From the NCBI GenBank assembly GCA_034434335.1, contig DAOTZS010000133.1, positions 1 through 45,064 on the forward strand: a stretch of DNA of 45,064 bases, given 5' to 3'. The position numbers and the translations under genes are program-made. The notes beneath the pieces are model-generated. The model was not told the DNA's origin, ran no database searches, and saw nothing but the letters and a program-made list of their open reading frames with translations. The DNA comes from Anaerolineae bacterium. GTDB lineage: Bacteria; Chloroflexota; Anaerolineae; CG2-30-64-16. How positions within the stretch are numbered: the first letter of the stretch is position 1; every line of letters begins with the position of its first letter. This document shows, piece after piece, positions 1 to 10,075 of this stretch.

Positions 1-1
1 C

Positions 2-751
2 ATCCGCGATGTCGTACGCGAAGGGGGTCTGGTGCTCTTCGTGGGTACCAAGAAACAAGCCCAAGACACCATTCGTGCCGAAGCCGAGCGCTGTGAAATG
101 CCTTATGTTGTCTCACGCTGGCTGGGCGGCACCCTGACCAACTTTCGTACCATTCGCCAGCGCATCGAATACATGGAAGAGCTGGAACGGCGCCAGGAGC
201 AAGGTGAGCTGGAGCGGCTGCCCAAGAAGGAAGCCCTGTTGCTGCGTCACGAGTTGGCCCGGCTGCAGAGGCGTATCGGTGGCCTGCGCACCATGACCCG
301 TCTTCCCGATATCGTGTTCATCGTAGACGTACAGCGGGAGGCCCTGGCTGTATCGGAGGCTAATAAGCTGCAGATCCCCGTGGTGGCCATGGTTGACACC
401 AACTGCAACCCCGAGCCAATTGACTATCCCATCCCATCCAACGACGATGCCATTCGGGCGATCAAGCTCATGGCCGGCAAAATGGCCGATGCCGTCATCG
501 AGGGCCGGCACCTGCGGGAGATCGACGAGGCAGAGCGTGCCGCTGCCGCCCCAGAGGCAGTCGGACCTGTTGAGGAAGAGAAACCGGTGCCCTCAGCTGA
601 GCCAGAAGAGATCCCAGAGGACCTATACCTTGGCCCCTCTACCCTGGCCAAGCTGGACAAAGGCCGTGACGAACTGGAAGAGGAAGACGAATTTGTGGAC
701 GAGTTCGGCGACGAAGAGGGCCCAGACCATGAGGCTGAGCTTGCCTTGTAA
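2..751 (+). CDS. rpsB: 30S ribosomal protein S2, 5' end cut by window edge; long acidic C-terminal tail
   Basis: Frame open from base 2 ([22 protein letters not shown]...). Conserved S2 core [13 protein letters not shown] ... [32 protein letters not shown]. Followed by tsf as in the canonical rpsB-tsf operon. Confidence 0.95.
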   Translation: MRDVVREGGLVLFVGTKKQAQDTIRAEAERCEMPYVVSRWLGGTLTNFRTIRQRIEYMEELERRQEQGELERLPKKEALLLRHELARLQRRIGGLRTMTRLPDIVFIVDVQREALAVSEANKLQIPVVAMVDTNCNPEPIDYPIPSNDDAIRAIKLMAGKMADAVIEGRHLREIDEAERAAAAPEAVGPVEEEKPVPSAEPEEIPEDLYLGPSTLAKLDKGRDELEEEDEFVDEFGDEEGPDHEAELAL

Positions 752-762
752 AGGAGAGAACC

Positions 763-1356
763 GTGGAAATCACTGCAGCAATGGTCAAGGAGTTACGGCA
801 AAACACTGGAGCGGGTGTCCTGGACTGCCGCAAGGCGCTAGAAGCCGCCAATGGTGATATGGCTCGGGCGACAGAGATCTTGCGGGAGAAAGGTTTTGCT
901 ACCGCGGCCAAGAAGGCCAGCCGCGAGACACACGAAGGTCTGATCGGCCACTACGTTCATATGGGTAGCAAGGTGGCGGCCCTGGTCGAGGTCAACTGCG
1001 AGAGCGACTTTGTGGCCCGCACCGAGGAATTCCAGACCCTGGCCAAGGACCTGGCCATGCAAGTTGTGGCGGCCCGGCCAGCCTGGGTGCGTATCGAAGA
1101 CGTTCCGGCGGAGATAGTGGAAAGGGAACGCGCCTCTTATTGGGCCGAACTGGGCAACTCTAATCGGCCCCGGGAAGCGCTGGAGAAGATTGTCGAAGGG
1201 AAACTGGCCAGGTTCTACGAGGAGAACTGTCTGCTGGAGCAGCCCTTCATCAAGGACGAGAGCATCAAAGTCAAAGACCTGATCACGGCCACTATTGCCA
1301 AGCTGGGCGAAAACATCGTGGTGCGCCGGTTTGCCCGTCTGGAAGTGGGTGGTTGA
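763..1356 (+). CDS. tsf: Translation elongation factor Ts (short form, 197 aa)
   Basis: N-terminal [31 protein letters not shown] (EF-Ts UBA-like domain) and a core with [16 protein letters not shown] start 11 nt after the rpsB stop. Confidence 0.95.
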   Translation: MEITAAMVKELRQNTGAGVLDCRKALEAANGDMARATEILREKGFATAAKKASRETHEGLIGHYVHMGSKVAALVEVNCESDFVARTEEFQTLAKDLAMQVVAARPAWVRIEDVPAEIVERERASYWAELGNSNRPREALEKIVEGKLARFYEENCLLEQPFIKDESIKVKDLITATIAKLGENIVVRRFARLEVGG

Positions 1357-1364
1357 GTTGACCG

Positions 1365-2081
1365 ATGAGCACGCTGCGCTATCGCCGGATCCTCCTGAAG
1401 CTTGGGGGCGAGGCTCTGGCTGAAGAAGGCGGGTTTGGGATCAGCCCTCAGCAGGCCGATGCAGTGGCCGCCAAGGTGCGCCGCTTGCGCGAGCTGGGGG
1501 CCGAGGTCGCTATTGTCATCGGGGCCGGCAATCTCTGGCGCGGCAAAGATGGCCTGGCTCACGGCATGGAGCGTGCTACGGCTGACCATATGGGCATGCT
1601 GGCCACGGTGATGAACGCCCTGGCACTGGCCGATGCCCTTATGCGAGCTGGCGTCGAGCCGCGGGTCCAGACCGCCATTGAGATGCGGGCGGTGGCTGAG
1701 CCCTACATCCGTGGCCGGGCCATCCGTCATCTGGAAAAGGGGCGCACGGTTTTGCTGGGCGCCGGCACGGGCAACCCCTATTTCACCACCGACACCGCCG
1801 CCGCGCTGCGTGCCATGGAGATCCACGCCGAGGTCTTGATCAAAGCCACTAAAGTAGATGGCGTCTACGATCGGGACCCCAAACTCTACCCTGATGCTAA
1901 GCGCTTCGATCACCTGACCTATATCGAGGCTCTGAACCTGCGCGTGGGGGTGATGGACAGCACGGCGCTGACGTTATGCATGGAAAATGACCTGCCCATC
2001 ATTGTGCTGAACATGTGGCAACCCAACAGCCTGGAGATGGCGGCTCTGGGGCAGCCGGTAGGCACCCTGATCAGCGGCTGA
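1365..2081 (+). CDS. pyrH: UMP kinase
   Basis: [18 protein letters not shown] and [17 protein letters not shown] motifs typical of PyrH. Position between tsf and frr. Confidence 0.95.
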   Translation: MSTLRYRRILLKLGGEALAEEGGFGISPQQADAVAAKVRRLRELGAEVAIVIGAGNLWRGKDGLAHGMERATADHMGMLATVMNALALADALMRAGVEPRVQTAIEMRAVAEPYIRGRAIRHLEKGRTVLLGAGTGNPYFTTDTAAALRAMEIHAEVLIKATKVDGVYDRDPKLYPDAKRFDHLTYIEALNLRVGVMDSTALTLCMENDLPIIVLNMWQPNSLEMAALGQPVGTLISG

Positions 2082-2137
2082 GGAGGTGCCCGACTGTCCA
2101 TCTGGGAAACCGTCCCAGGGCGCAAGGAGGTAGCATC

Positions 2138-2695
2138 GTGCTGAAAGATGTCATGAGCGACGCCAAAGAACGCATGACCCGCGCGGTTGAGGCTCTGCAA
2201 GGCGACTTGCGTACCATCCGCACCGGTCGGGCTTCGCCTGCCCTGGTAGAGCGACTCCCGGTGGAGTACTACGGCTCTCCCATACCTTTGAACCAGTTGG
2301 CTGGCATCTCAGCACCTGAACCGCGCATGTTGGTAATTCGCCCCTGGGACCGCAGCGCGATTGGGCCCATCGAGAAAGCGATCCTGAAATCAGACCTTGG
2401 CCTGACCCCCAGCAACGACGGCCAGATCATCAGGCTGATCATCCCTCCGCTGACAGAGGAACGGCGTCGAGAACTCACCCGCCTGGTTGCCAGACGTGTG
2501 GAAGAGGCACGCGTGGCAGTGCGCAACATCCGCCGTGATGCGATCGAGATGTTGCGTGACCTGGAAAAAGAGAAGTTGATCTCAGAAGATGACCTCTACA
2601 AGGGTCGCGACGAAGTGCAGGAATTGACAGACGATTTCATCAAGCAGATAGACGAGATCGGCAAGGCCAAAGAGGCTGAGATCATGGAGCAATAA
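2138..2695 (+). CDS. frr: Ribosome recycling factor
   Basis: Translation [38 protein letters not shown]...[16 protein letters not shown] is RRF-like and 185 aa. Start placed at GTG 2138 with GGAGG at 2126-2130. The upstream part of ORF 2015..2695 overlaps pyrH and is not RRF-like. ATG 2153 is an alternative start. Confidence 0.92.
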   Translation: MLKDVMSDAKERMTRAVEALQGDLRTIRTGRASPALVERLPVEYYGSPIPLNQLAGISAPEPRMLVIRPWDRSAIGPIEKAILKSDLGLTPSNDGQIIRLIIPPLTEERRRELTRLVARRVEEARVAVRNIRRDAIEMLRDLEKEKLISEDDLYKGRDEVQELTDDFIKQIDEIGKAKEAEIMEQ

Positions 2696-2786
2696 GGAGG
2701 GTTGAGAAGCGTCGGCAACCTGTCGGCTCCAGCGGGCCATATCGGCATGAGTGCCCTTGTCTCATATTTCAGCTAAAGAGGATGCC

Positions 2787-3536
2787 ATGGCGAGCGATTT
2801 GCCGCTCAGAGAACGTTATCCTCAGGTCACGCGTGTACCCTATCACGTGGGCATCATCATGGATGGCAATGGGCGCTGGGCCCAAGCCCGCGGCCTGCCG
2901 CGCCTGGCCGGGCACAGGGCCGGCACGGAGAATATCCGGCGCGTCCTGCGGGCCGCCACTGAGTTCGGCATCAAAGTGCTGACGATCTATGCCTTCTCCA
3001 CCGAAAACTGGGCCCGTCCGCCCGACGAGGTTGCCGGCCTGATGAACTTGCTGGACCAGGTCATCCAACGCGAGACCAAAGAGTTGCATGCGCACGGAGT
3101 GTGTATCCGCCACAGCGGCCGGCTGGAAGGGATCGCACCCAGTTTGCAGCGTCAGATCCGGGCCGCGGTAGATCTCACCTGCAAGAACGAGCGCATCATT
3201 TTGAATGTGGCCTTCAACTACGGCGGCCGCGCGGAGATCGTGGATGCCGTACGGCAGATCATCCGGGACGGCTACGCGCCTGAAGCCGTGACCGAAGAAC
3301 TGATCTCGCGCTATCTTTACACGGGCGACCTGCCCGACCCTGACCTGATCATCCGGACCGGTGGGGAGTATCGCCTGAGTAACTTCCTGATCTGGCAGGC
3401 CGCCTATGCCGAGTACTATTCGACCCCTACTTTTTGGCCCGATTTCGACGAGGCCGAATTGGCAGCCGCGCTGGCGGAGTACAGTCAGCGCGAGCGTCGT
3501 TTCGGCAGAGTCCCCGCGCCTACCAGCAAAGGTTAG
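2787..3536 (+). CDS. uppS: Isoprenyl transferase / undecaprenyl diphosphate synthase
   Basis: [22 protein letters not shown] and [23 protein letters not shown] motifs of cis-prenyltransferases. ATG 2787 is preceded by AAAGAGGA. GTG 2751 is an alternative start. Confidence 0.92.
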   Translation: MASDLPLRERYPQVTRVPYHVGIIMDGNGRWAQARGLPRLAGHRAGTENIRRVLRAATEFGIKVLTIYAFSTENWARPPDEVAGLMNLLDQVIQRETKELHAHGVCIRHSGRLEGIAPSLQRQIRAAVDLTCKNERIILNVAFNYGGRAEIVDAVRQIIRDGYAPEAVTEELISRYLYTGDLPDPDLIIRTGGEYRLSNFLIWQAAYAEYYSTPTFWPDFDEAELAAALAEYSQRERRFGRVPAPTSKG

Positions 3537-3539
3537 CAG

Positions 3540-4403
3540 TTGCCCGACGCAACCTCGCAGAGTTGCTTCTCAGCCAGCGTACGGAGAGCTGTTGTGCTGC
3601 GTGCCCGCCTGCTCAGCGCAGTTGTTCTGATACCGGTTATCTTCTGGCTCGTCTACCTGGGGGGCATCCCCTGGCTGATCACCGTCCTCCTGGTGGGCAT
3701 CCAGGCGTGGCGTGAGATGGTACAGCTCCTGCAGCGCGATCATTTTACCCTGGACCGCAACCTGGGGCTGTTTTTCGTAATCGGAGCCGTAGCCGAGGCA
3801 TACGTCTATGCCGCCGGGCTGGTACCCGTAGATCTGCTCCGGCCCCTGCTGGCCGGGCTCATCATCTTCTCCCTGGTCTGGGCCCTCTACAACAAAGGGG
3901 CCCATCCCACTGCTGATTGGGGGGTGACCGTCGCCAGCGCGCTCTACCTGGGTTTCCTGCTCAGCCATTTTGTGCTCTTGCGCCAGCGGCCTGAGGGGTT
4001 TCGTTGGGTTCTGTTGGCCCTTTCTATTTCATGGGTGACCGATTCGGTGGCCTATTTCGTGGGCAGTACCTGGGGCAAGCGGCCGCTGTGGCCACGTATC
4101 AGCCCGAAGAAGACCTGGGAAGGGCTGATGGCCGGTTCCCTGGCAGCACTTGTGTTCACCCCTATAGTCAGCAGTTGGTGGCTGGGGCTGAGCCCCTGGC
4201 AGGGGTTGCTCTTGGGTGCGCTGGCAGCAGTTGCGGACCCCTTTGGAGATTTCGCCGTCTCGTTGTTCAAACGGCTGGCGCGCACTAAGGATAGCAGCCA
4301 GTTGATCCCTGGCCATGGCGGCATCCTCGACCGCCTTGATAGCCTGCTTTTTGTCTTTCCCCTGGTGACTTACTTTGCCTGGATTGTCAGCGGCTTACGA
4401 TAG
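3540..4403 (+). CDS. cdsA: Phosphatidate cytidylyltransferase
   Basis: Multi-pass membrane protein with the CdsA signature SLFKRLARTKDSSQLIPGHGGILDRLDS. Start codon (TTG 3540) is uncertain. Confidence 0.9.
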   Translation: MPDATSQSCFSASVRRAVVLRARLLSAVVLIPVIFWLVYLGGIPWLITVLLVGIQAWREMVQLLQRDHFTLDRNLGLFFVIGAVAEAYVYAAGLVPVDLLRPLLAGLIIFSLVWALYNKGAHPTADWGVTVASALYLGFLLSHFVLLRQRPEGFRWVLLALSISWVTDSVAYFVGSTWGKRPLWPRISPKKTWEGLMAGSLAALVFTPIVSSWWLGLSPWQGLLLGALAAVADPFGDFAVSLFKRLARTKDSSQLIPGHGGILDRLDSLLFVFPLVTYFAWIVSGLR

Positions 4404-4510
4404 GACGCTTCATCGCTCGCGTCTGATCCGCCTTATACAGCGATAGGCAAATGGTCGAGAAGGGTATGGCAACGAGTTGCCAGATGGGCAACCATCGGCC
4501 TTAGACAAAC

Positions 4511-4545
4511 AAGAGGCCCGTCTCTTGATCTCAGACGGGCCTCTT
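4511..4545. terminator. Hairpin between convergent cdsA and the nuclease gene (likely bidirectional terminator)
   Basis: AAGAGGCCCGTCT-CTTGATCTC-AGACGGGCCTCTT, a 13-bp perfect stem. A T-rich tail is present only on the minus-strand reading (TTGTTTGT). Confidence 0.55.
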
Positions 4546-4570
4546 GCGTGTCCCTGGCCACTGGCCAGCA

Positions 4571-5386
4571 TTATTCGCCATGGTAGACAAGAGTAATGCC
4601 CAGTTCCCGACAACGCTCTCGCACCTCGTCACCGATGCTCATGGCGATCATAATGCCCTCTACTTCGACGCCAGGATTGAGCGAGCGAACAAGGGTGACC
4701 TTATCAGCCAGGCGGTCGACATCCTCCCACTCGCAGTAGCTCTTGACCTCGAAAACCGATATCTTCCCGTCCTGAGCCAGGATGTCGATCTCAAAATGCC
4801 GCTGGCCTGGCAATCCCACTACACCCTTTTCGTCCACGATCCTCTGGCGTAACCGAATCTGTTCAGGCTTGATGTCGGAACGGCGCAGCGCTACTCGTAG
4901 CGCACCGGCCACTACCTCTTCTAGCTTGCGCCCCGAACGCCGTTGCAGCCCTCCAACGGTAAGCTCTACCCAATCGTGCTCGTCCGCTATCATCTGGCGA
5001 AGGGCAGCAAACTGCTGATCAATCCCCTCGAAGCGTCGGTCAATCCCCTCGAAGCGTCGGTCAATCCCCTCGAAGCGCCTGTCTATCTCTTCGAAGCGTC
5101 GGTCAATCTGCTCAAAGCGCTTGTCAATTTGCTCGAAGCGCCTGTCTATCTCTTCGAAGCGTCGGTCAATCTGCTCGAAGCGCTCCTGGGTCTCCTGGCG
5201 GAAATGGCGCACTTCGCCGCGCAACTCCCGCAGTTCGCTGAGAACGGCCGCGAACTCCTCCTTGCTGACAAACGCCTTCAGAAAGGCTCGAAAGGCGCGC
5301 GGCTCCAGTTCCGGATTGCGCTCTAGCATATCCGGCAATTGCACCTCGAGGATATACAGGACTTCTTCATCCTTCAGTTTCAGCAT
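4571..5386 (-). CDS. PD-(D/E)XK nuclease-fold protein (DUF1626/PDDEXK_10-like C-terminus) with an N-terminal DUF3782-like coiled coil built from tandem heptads
   Basis: C-terminus has a D...E-x-K arrangement (HFEIDILAQDGKISVFEVKSY). The middle is FEQIDRR FEEIDRR FEQIDKR FEQIDRR FEEIDRR FEGIDRR FEGIDRR FEGIDQQ. Start moved to ATG 5386 (AAGGAG RBS), which lies downstream of a strong promoter at 5421-5449. The upstream 41 codons of ORF 4571..5509 would precede that promoter. Confidence 0.75.
   Translation of the reverse strand: MLKLKDEEVLYILEVQLPDMLERNPELEPRAFRAFLKAFVSKEEFAAVLSELRELRGEVRHFRQETQERFEQIDRRFEEIDRRFEQIDKRFEQIDRRFEEIDRRFEGIDRRFEGIDRRFEGIDQQFAALRQMIADEHDWVELTVGGLQRRSGRKLEEVVAGALRVALRRSDIKPEQIRLRQRIVDEKGVVGLPGQRHFEIDILAQDGKISVFEVKSYCEWEDVDRLADKVTLVRSLNPGVEVEGIMIAMSIGDEVRERCRELGITLVYHGE
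5019..5186. repeat. Eight tandem 21-bp units (with 63-bp higher-order periodicity) inside the nuclease gene
   Basis: Units TCAATCCCCTCGAAGCGTCGG (x2 identical), TCAATCCCCTCGAAGCGCCTG, TCTATCTCTTCGAAGCGTCGG, TCAATCTGCTCAAAGCGCTTG, TCAATTTGCTCGAAGCGCCTG, TCTATCTCTTCGAAGCGTCGG, TCAATCTGCTCGAAGCGCTCC. They encode the FExIDRR heptads on the minus strand. Confidence 0.95.
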
Positions 5387-5420
5387 CTCCTTTGCCTCCA
5401 CCTCTATCGGCCTCGGTTTT

Positions 5421-5449
5421 AGTATAGCATAATCACCCGCTTCAGGCAA
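5421..5449 (-). promoter_or_regulatory. Promoter of the PD-(D/E)XK nuclease gene
   Basis: Minus strand TTGCCT-17 nt-TGC-TATACT (extended -10). Confidence 0.55.
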
Positions 5450-5469
5450 CAGTTGGGCAACCTCGTGAT

Positions 5470-5498
5470 TTGACGCCCGCTGCCGTTGCTGGCATAAT
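5470..5498 (+). promoter_or_regulatory. Promoter of the ZnuA-like gene
   Basis: TTGACG-17 nt-CATAAT with TGG just upstream of the -10. Confidence 0.55.
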
Positions 5499-5551
5499 CC
5501 ACCGCGCATAAGCGCGCCATATTCTCACCGTAGAAAGGAAGTTGAAGGAAG

Positions 5552-6532
5552 ATGTATTCACACCATGGCAGGCTATGGTCGCAGATTGGACTCGGTATAG
5601 GCAGTGCTCTCTTGCTCGTTGTAATTGCTGGCTGTACCTCTACCCCTATGCCCACGCAGCCCTCTCAACCGACCGCTGCTACCCCCATCAAGGTGCTGGC
5701 AGTCGAATCGTTTCTGGCTGACATCGCGCAAAATGTAGCCGGCCAGCGCCTGACAGTGGAGGCTCTGATACCTGTTGGGGTAGACCCCCACAGTTTCGAA
5801 CTGACACCCGCCGATGTCCGTAAGATTACCGACAGCCAGGTGCTCATCATCAATGGCGCCGGCCTTGAGGCATTTCTCGATAAACTATTGCAGAGTGCTG
5901 CCAGAGATCGGGTCGTCATTGAGGCTGCCGCCGGGTTACAACCACGTACTCCCCAACCCGGTGAACATGTTGGGGAGGAGCACGAAGGACATGAGGGAGA
6001 CCCACATTTCTGGCTGGACCCTGTTAGCGTGATCAAATATGTCGAGAACATCCGTGACGGCTTGAGCCGGGCCGACCCGGGTGGCGCTCAGCTTTATACA
6101 GCGCAGGCCGACGCCTATATTGCTCAGCTTCAGGAGTTGGACAGGTGGATCACCACCCAGGTCCAGCGCGTGCCAGAGGACCGGCGCCTTCTGGTGACCG
6201 ACCACGAGAGCTTCGGCTACTTCGCCGACCGTTATGGCTTCAAGGTGGTGGGGGCCATCATCCCCAGCACCAGCTCAGCCGCATCGCCGTCGGCCCAAGA
6301 GTTCGCCCGCCTGGCAGACGCGATTAAAGAGCTTGGGGTCTCGGCGATCTTTCTGGAGACAGGCGCAAACCCTCAACTGGCCCAACAACTGGCCAGGGAG
6401 ACCGGCATCCGGGTTGTGAGCGGGCTCTATACGCACTCTTTGAGCGAGCCGCATGGCCCGGCGCCCACTTACCTGGAGATGATGCGCTATAACACGCGCC
6501 TGATTGTGGAGGCCTTAAGCCAGGGCCAGTGA
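5552..6532 (+). CDS. ZnuA/TroA-family metal (Zn/Mn) ABC-transporter substrate-binding lipoprotein with a His-rich loop
   Basis: Lipobox LLVVIAGC. DPHSFE and DPHFWLDP metal-ligand motifs. His/Glu loop GEHVGEEHEGHEGD. No cognate permease or ATPase gene in the window. Confidence 0.85.
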   Translation: MYSHHGRLWSQIGLGIGSALLLVVIAGCTSTPMPTQPSQPTAATPIKVLAVESFLADIAQNVAGQRLTVEALIPVGVDPHSFELTPADVRKITDSQVLIINGAGLEAFLDKLLQSAARDRVVIEAAAGLQPRTPQPGEHVGEEHEGHEGDPHFWLDPVSVIKYVENIRDGLSRADPGGAQLYTAQADAYIAQLQELDRWITTQVQRVPEDRRLLVTDHESFGYFADRYGFKVVGAIIPSTSSAASPSAQEFARLADAIKELGVSAIFLETGANPQLAQQLARETGIRVVSGLYTHSLSEPHGPAPTYLEMMRYNTRLIVEALSQGQ

Positions 6533-6588
6533 ACACAGCCCCCTGAGGATAGGGCGGAGGAAGTCTCTTTGTCCGGCTGGCTTCTTGC

Positions 6589-7683
6589 CTAGGGCAGGAA
6601 GCCAAATGGATTGCGCTGGATGCCGTTTTGGCGGATTTCGAAATGAAGGTGGGGGCCGGTTGAACGGCCGGTAGAGCCCACCAATCCGATTACCGCGCCC
6701 TGGCCGACTGAGTCGCCAGGGGTTACAAAGTAGCGGCTCAGGTGGGCGTAAAGGGTTTGGAAGCCGTTGCCGTGGTCAATGACCACGTAGTTGCCATACC
6801 CGACATCGCTCCAGCCGGCCACCACCACATAACCCGAATCGCTGGCCTTGACCGGTGTCCCGGTCGGGGCCGCGATGTCCACTGCCCGGTGTAGCGGCTT
6901 ATATCCCTGCGTGATGGAGCCCGTTGTGGGCCAGACGAAACGACCGGTGCCGCGCCTGGCATCGGCGGGGATAGGCCCGGTGTAGACCTTGACCTGCCTG
7001 AGCACCAGCGGTTTGGTGCCCCCTGGGACGATCAGCTTCTGGCCGGGCACCAGGGTGGGCTTGCGGGGGTCGAGGTGATTCCACTCGAAGTTCACGATCG
7101 CGTCCGGTTTGGCCTTGTATTTCTGGGCAATACTCTCCACTGTCTCCCCGGCTGCCACAGTGTGCAGCACCCCGTCAACTGGCAGGATAGTTAGCTGCTG
7201 TCCCAGGCGCAACAGGTCTGGGTTGAGCTCCATGTTGTTAGCCCACATTAGCGTCTCGGCGCTGATGCCATACTTGGCGGCAATGGCGTAGAGGGTGTCC
7301 CCGGCCTCCACGGTATGGGTAATGATGTCCGTGCGTGGCCGGTCGGGGATGATAGTAAACGGAATGGCAGCGCGTACCAGGGCGCCTGGGGGTTGAACAC
7401 GGCTTTCTGGCATCGTCACCGTTACGGTGGTCTCTTCGGCCGGGGCCTCAGAGCTGGCAACTTCGACGATGTCCCACTCTGGCAGTTGTACCCGGGCCAG
7501 CCATAACACCGCCAGGGCCAGGGAGATCAACACCAGGTGTGATGCCATGCGCACCAGCGAGGTTGTTCCCTCTGGTCCACGCTGGGCCAACAAAGAAAGG
7601 ATGCTCTGCCAGAAGCGATAGCCTGGCCCCCATTGCTCGGGGGGGATTTCCTGGAGGCTATGAGTTGTGGACTCTACGCCCAT
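6589..7683 (-). CDS. M23 family metallopeptidase with two LysM domains and an N-terminal membrane anchor
   Basis: Two LysM-like segments (HTVEAGDTLYAIAAKYGIS..., HTVAAGETVESIAQKYKAK...). M23 motifs HRAVDIAAPTGTPV and GPHLHFEIR. Confidence 0.88.
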   Translation of the reverse strand: MGVESTTHSLQEIPPEQWGPGYRFWQSILSLLAQRGPEGTTSLVRMASHLVLISLALAVLWLARVQLPEWDIVEVASSEAPAEETTVTVTMPESRVQPPGALVRAAIPFTIIPDRPRTDIITHTVEAGDTLYAIAAKYGISAETLMWANNMELNPDLLRLGQQLTILPVDGVLHTVAAGETVESIAQKYKAKPDAIVNFEWNHLDPRKPTLVPGQKLIVPGGTKPLVLRQVKVYTGPIPADARRGTGRFVWPTTGSITQGYKPLHRAVDIAAPTGTPVKASDSGYVVVAGWSDVGYGNYVVIDHGNGFQTLYAHLSRYFVTPGDSVGQGAVIGLVGSTGRSTGPHLHFEIRQNGIQRNPFGFLP

Positions 7684-7739
7684 CAGGGCAATGGCTCCTC
7701 ACAGCGCAACGGGGCCCCAGTACTGCTGCGTGCCGGCGC

Positions 7740-8996
<1,257 letters not shown>

Positions 8997-9605
8997 AAGG
9001 TAACTCCGTTTGGCATTATGCCGTCACAGGCAGGATTATCGCGAGATGGGGACAGCGCGGCAGTATTACCTTGTTGCTCACAAGACACAAGGTATTAGGG
9101 CAACTTGCCAGGCAAATGTATGGTCATGGTTACGGGGATGGACTACATCAGGGCAGAGAGGCATGTTAATGCACTTTCTGCTCCACCCATGTATCTGACC
9201 GGAGTGTCTTCAAGGGTATCAAACGCAGCCCACCTGCGGCGTCCGAGCAATCGGGCAGGATGACGAATCAGAACGATGGGCATAGAAGGGCTTTTTCAGC
9301 ACCTCTAACGCGTCTTGCCTCCTGGCGCAATCATCGGCTGAGCATCTGTCGGTTTTTGATGATCTGGCCAGAGCCTGGGGAAAGCCTCTTCCGCGCCATG
9401 ATAGCCCTTCGCGCGGCTCCTGCCCCTTACAGCCAGCGATCCGCCGCTGTCGCTGGCTCAGCGGCCAGATAGAGGAGAAAGCAACGACCTCTTATGCGCC
9501 TTCTTGGGTTCGTCTCCTGGCAAGGCCCAGACGAGAAACTCAGCCCGATGAGGTTACAGGAAGCAGAAGGCGGAGACAGGCAGATGGACCTTTCTACGCA
9601 TAACG

Positions 9606-9634
9606 AGTATAGCACAAGGCCAGGTACACGTCAA
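9606..9634 (-). promoter_or_regulatory. Promoter of rho, implying a ~600-nt leader
   Basis: Minus strand TTGACG-17 nt-TGC-TATACT. It is the only strong match I found in the 730-bp feoC-rho spacer. Confidence 0.55.
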
Positions 9635-9729
9635 ATACGACCGGGCACGTAACCCAGATACAGAGGTCCTCTGTCAACCGTGATTTGAGGAGTAAGCGCC
9701 GGGCTTTAGCTGATAGGTAACCGTTACCT

Positions 9730-10038
9730 CTAGACGTTATGGGCGCCAGCCAGCGAGCGGGCTACCCGACGGCCCCTGGCTGTAAGGGAGAAAAGCTGGC
9801 CTGAGGACGGCGCGCTGGCAAGCCCGGCACAGAGCCCGGCCAGGCTGCACCCACTGCACGCCGGGACACAGTCGCTTTGAACCCGCAACAGGTATCCGTG
9901 CTGTGTCAAATCGTCAGCCATGGCCCTCACCAGCTCCTCGCTGACTTGCAGCCGGCTGGCCAGTTCGGTCGTAGGGTGAAGCCTGCCGTCATTCAGGATT
10001 GCCAATAACTGGGCTGTCAGGGTCTCATCTGCGGCCAT
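9730..10038 (-). CDS. FeoC-like winged-helix protein with a Cys cluster
   Basis: Lies 37 nt downstream of feoB. The N-terminal wHTH-like segment and CVPACSGCSLAGLC cluster resemble FeoC. Assignment is from architecture and context only. Confidence 0.55.
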   Translation of the reverse strand: MAADETLTAQLLAILNDGRLHPTTELASRLQVSEELVRAMADDLTQHGYLLRVQSDCVPACSGCSLAGLCAGLASAPSSGQLFSLTARGRRVARSLAGAHNV

Positions 10039-10075
10039 GGCCAGGCTCCCTAAAGGCAGCGTCCCTGCTGCTCGT

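Noticed and set aside
4571-5509. Longer 312-aa version of the nuclease ORF starting at 5509
   Set aside because: The extra 41 codons span the gene's own promoter (5421-5449) and look non-coding. ATG 5386 has an AAGGAG RBS.
9010-9615. Short ORFs (62-70 aa) within the feoC-rho spacer
   Set aside because: No RBS and odd composition. The minus-strand one starts upstream of the predicted rho TSS. The region is better explained as the rho leader.
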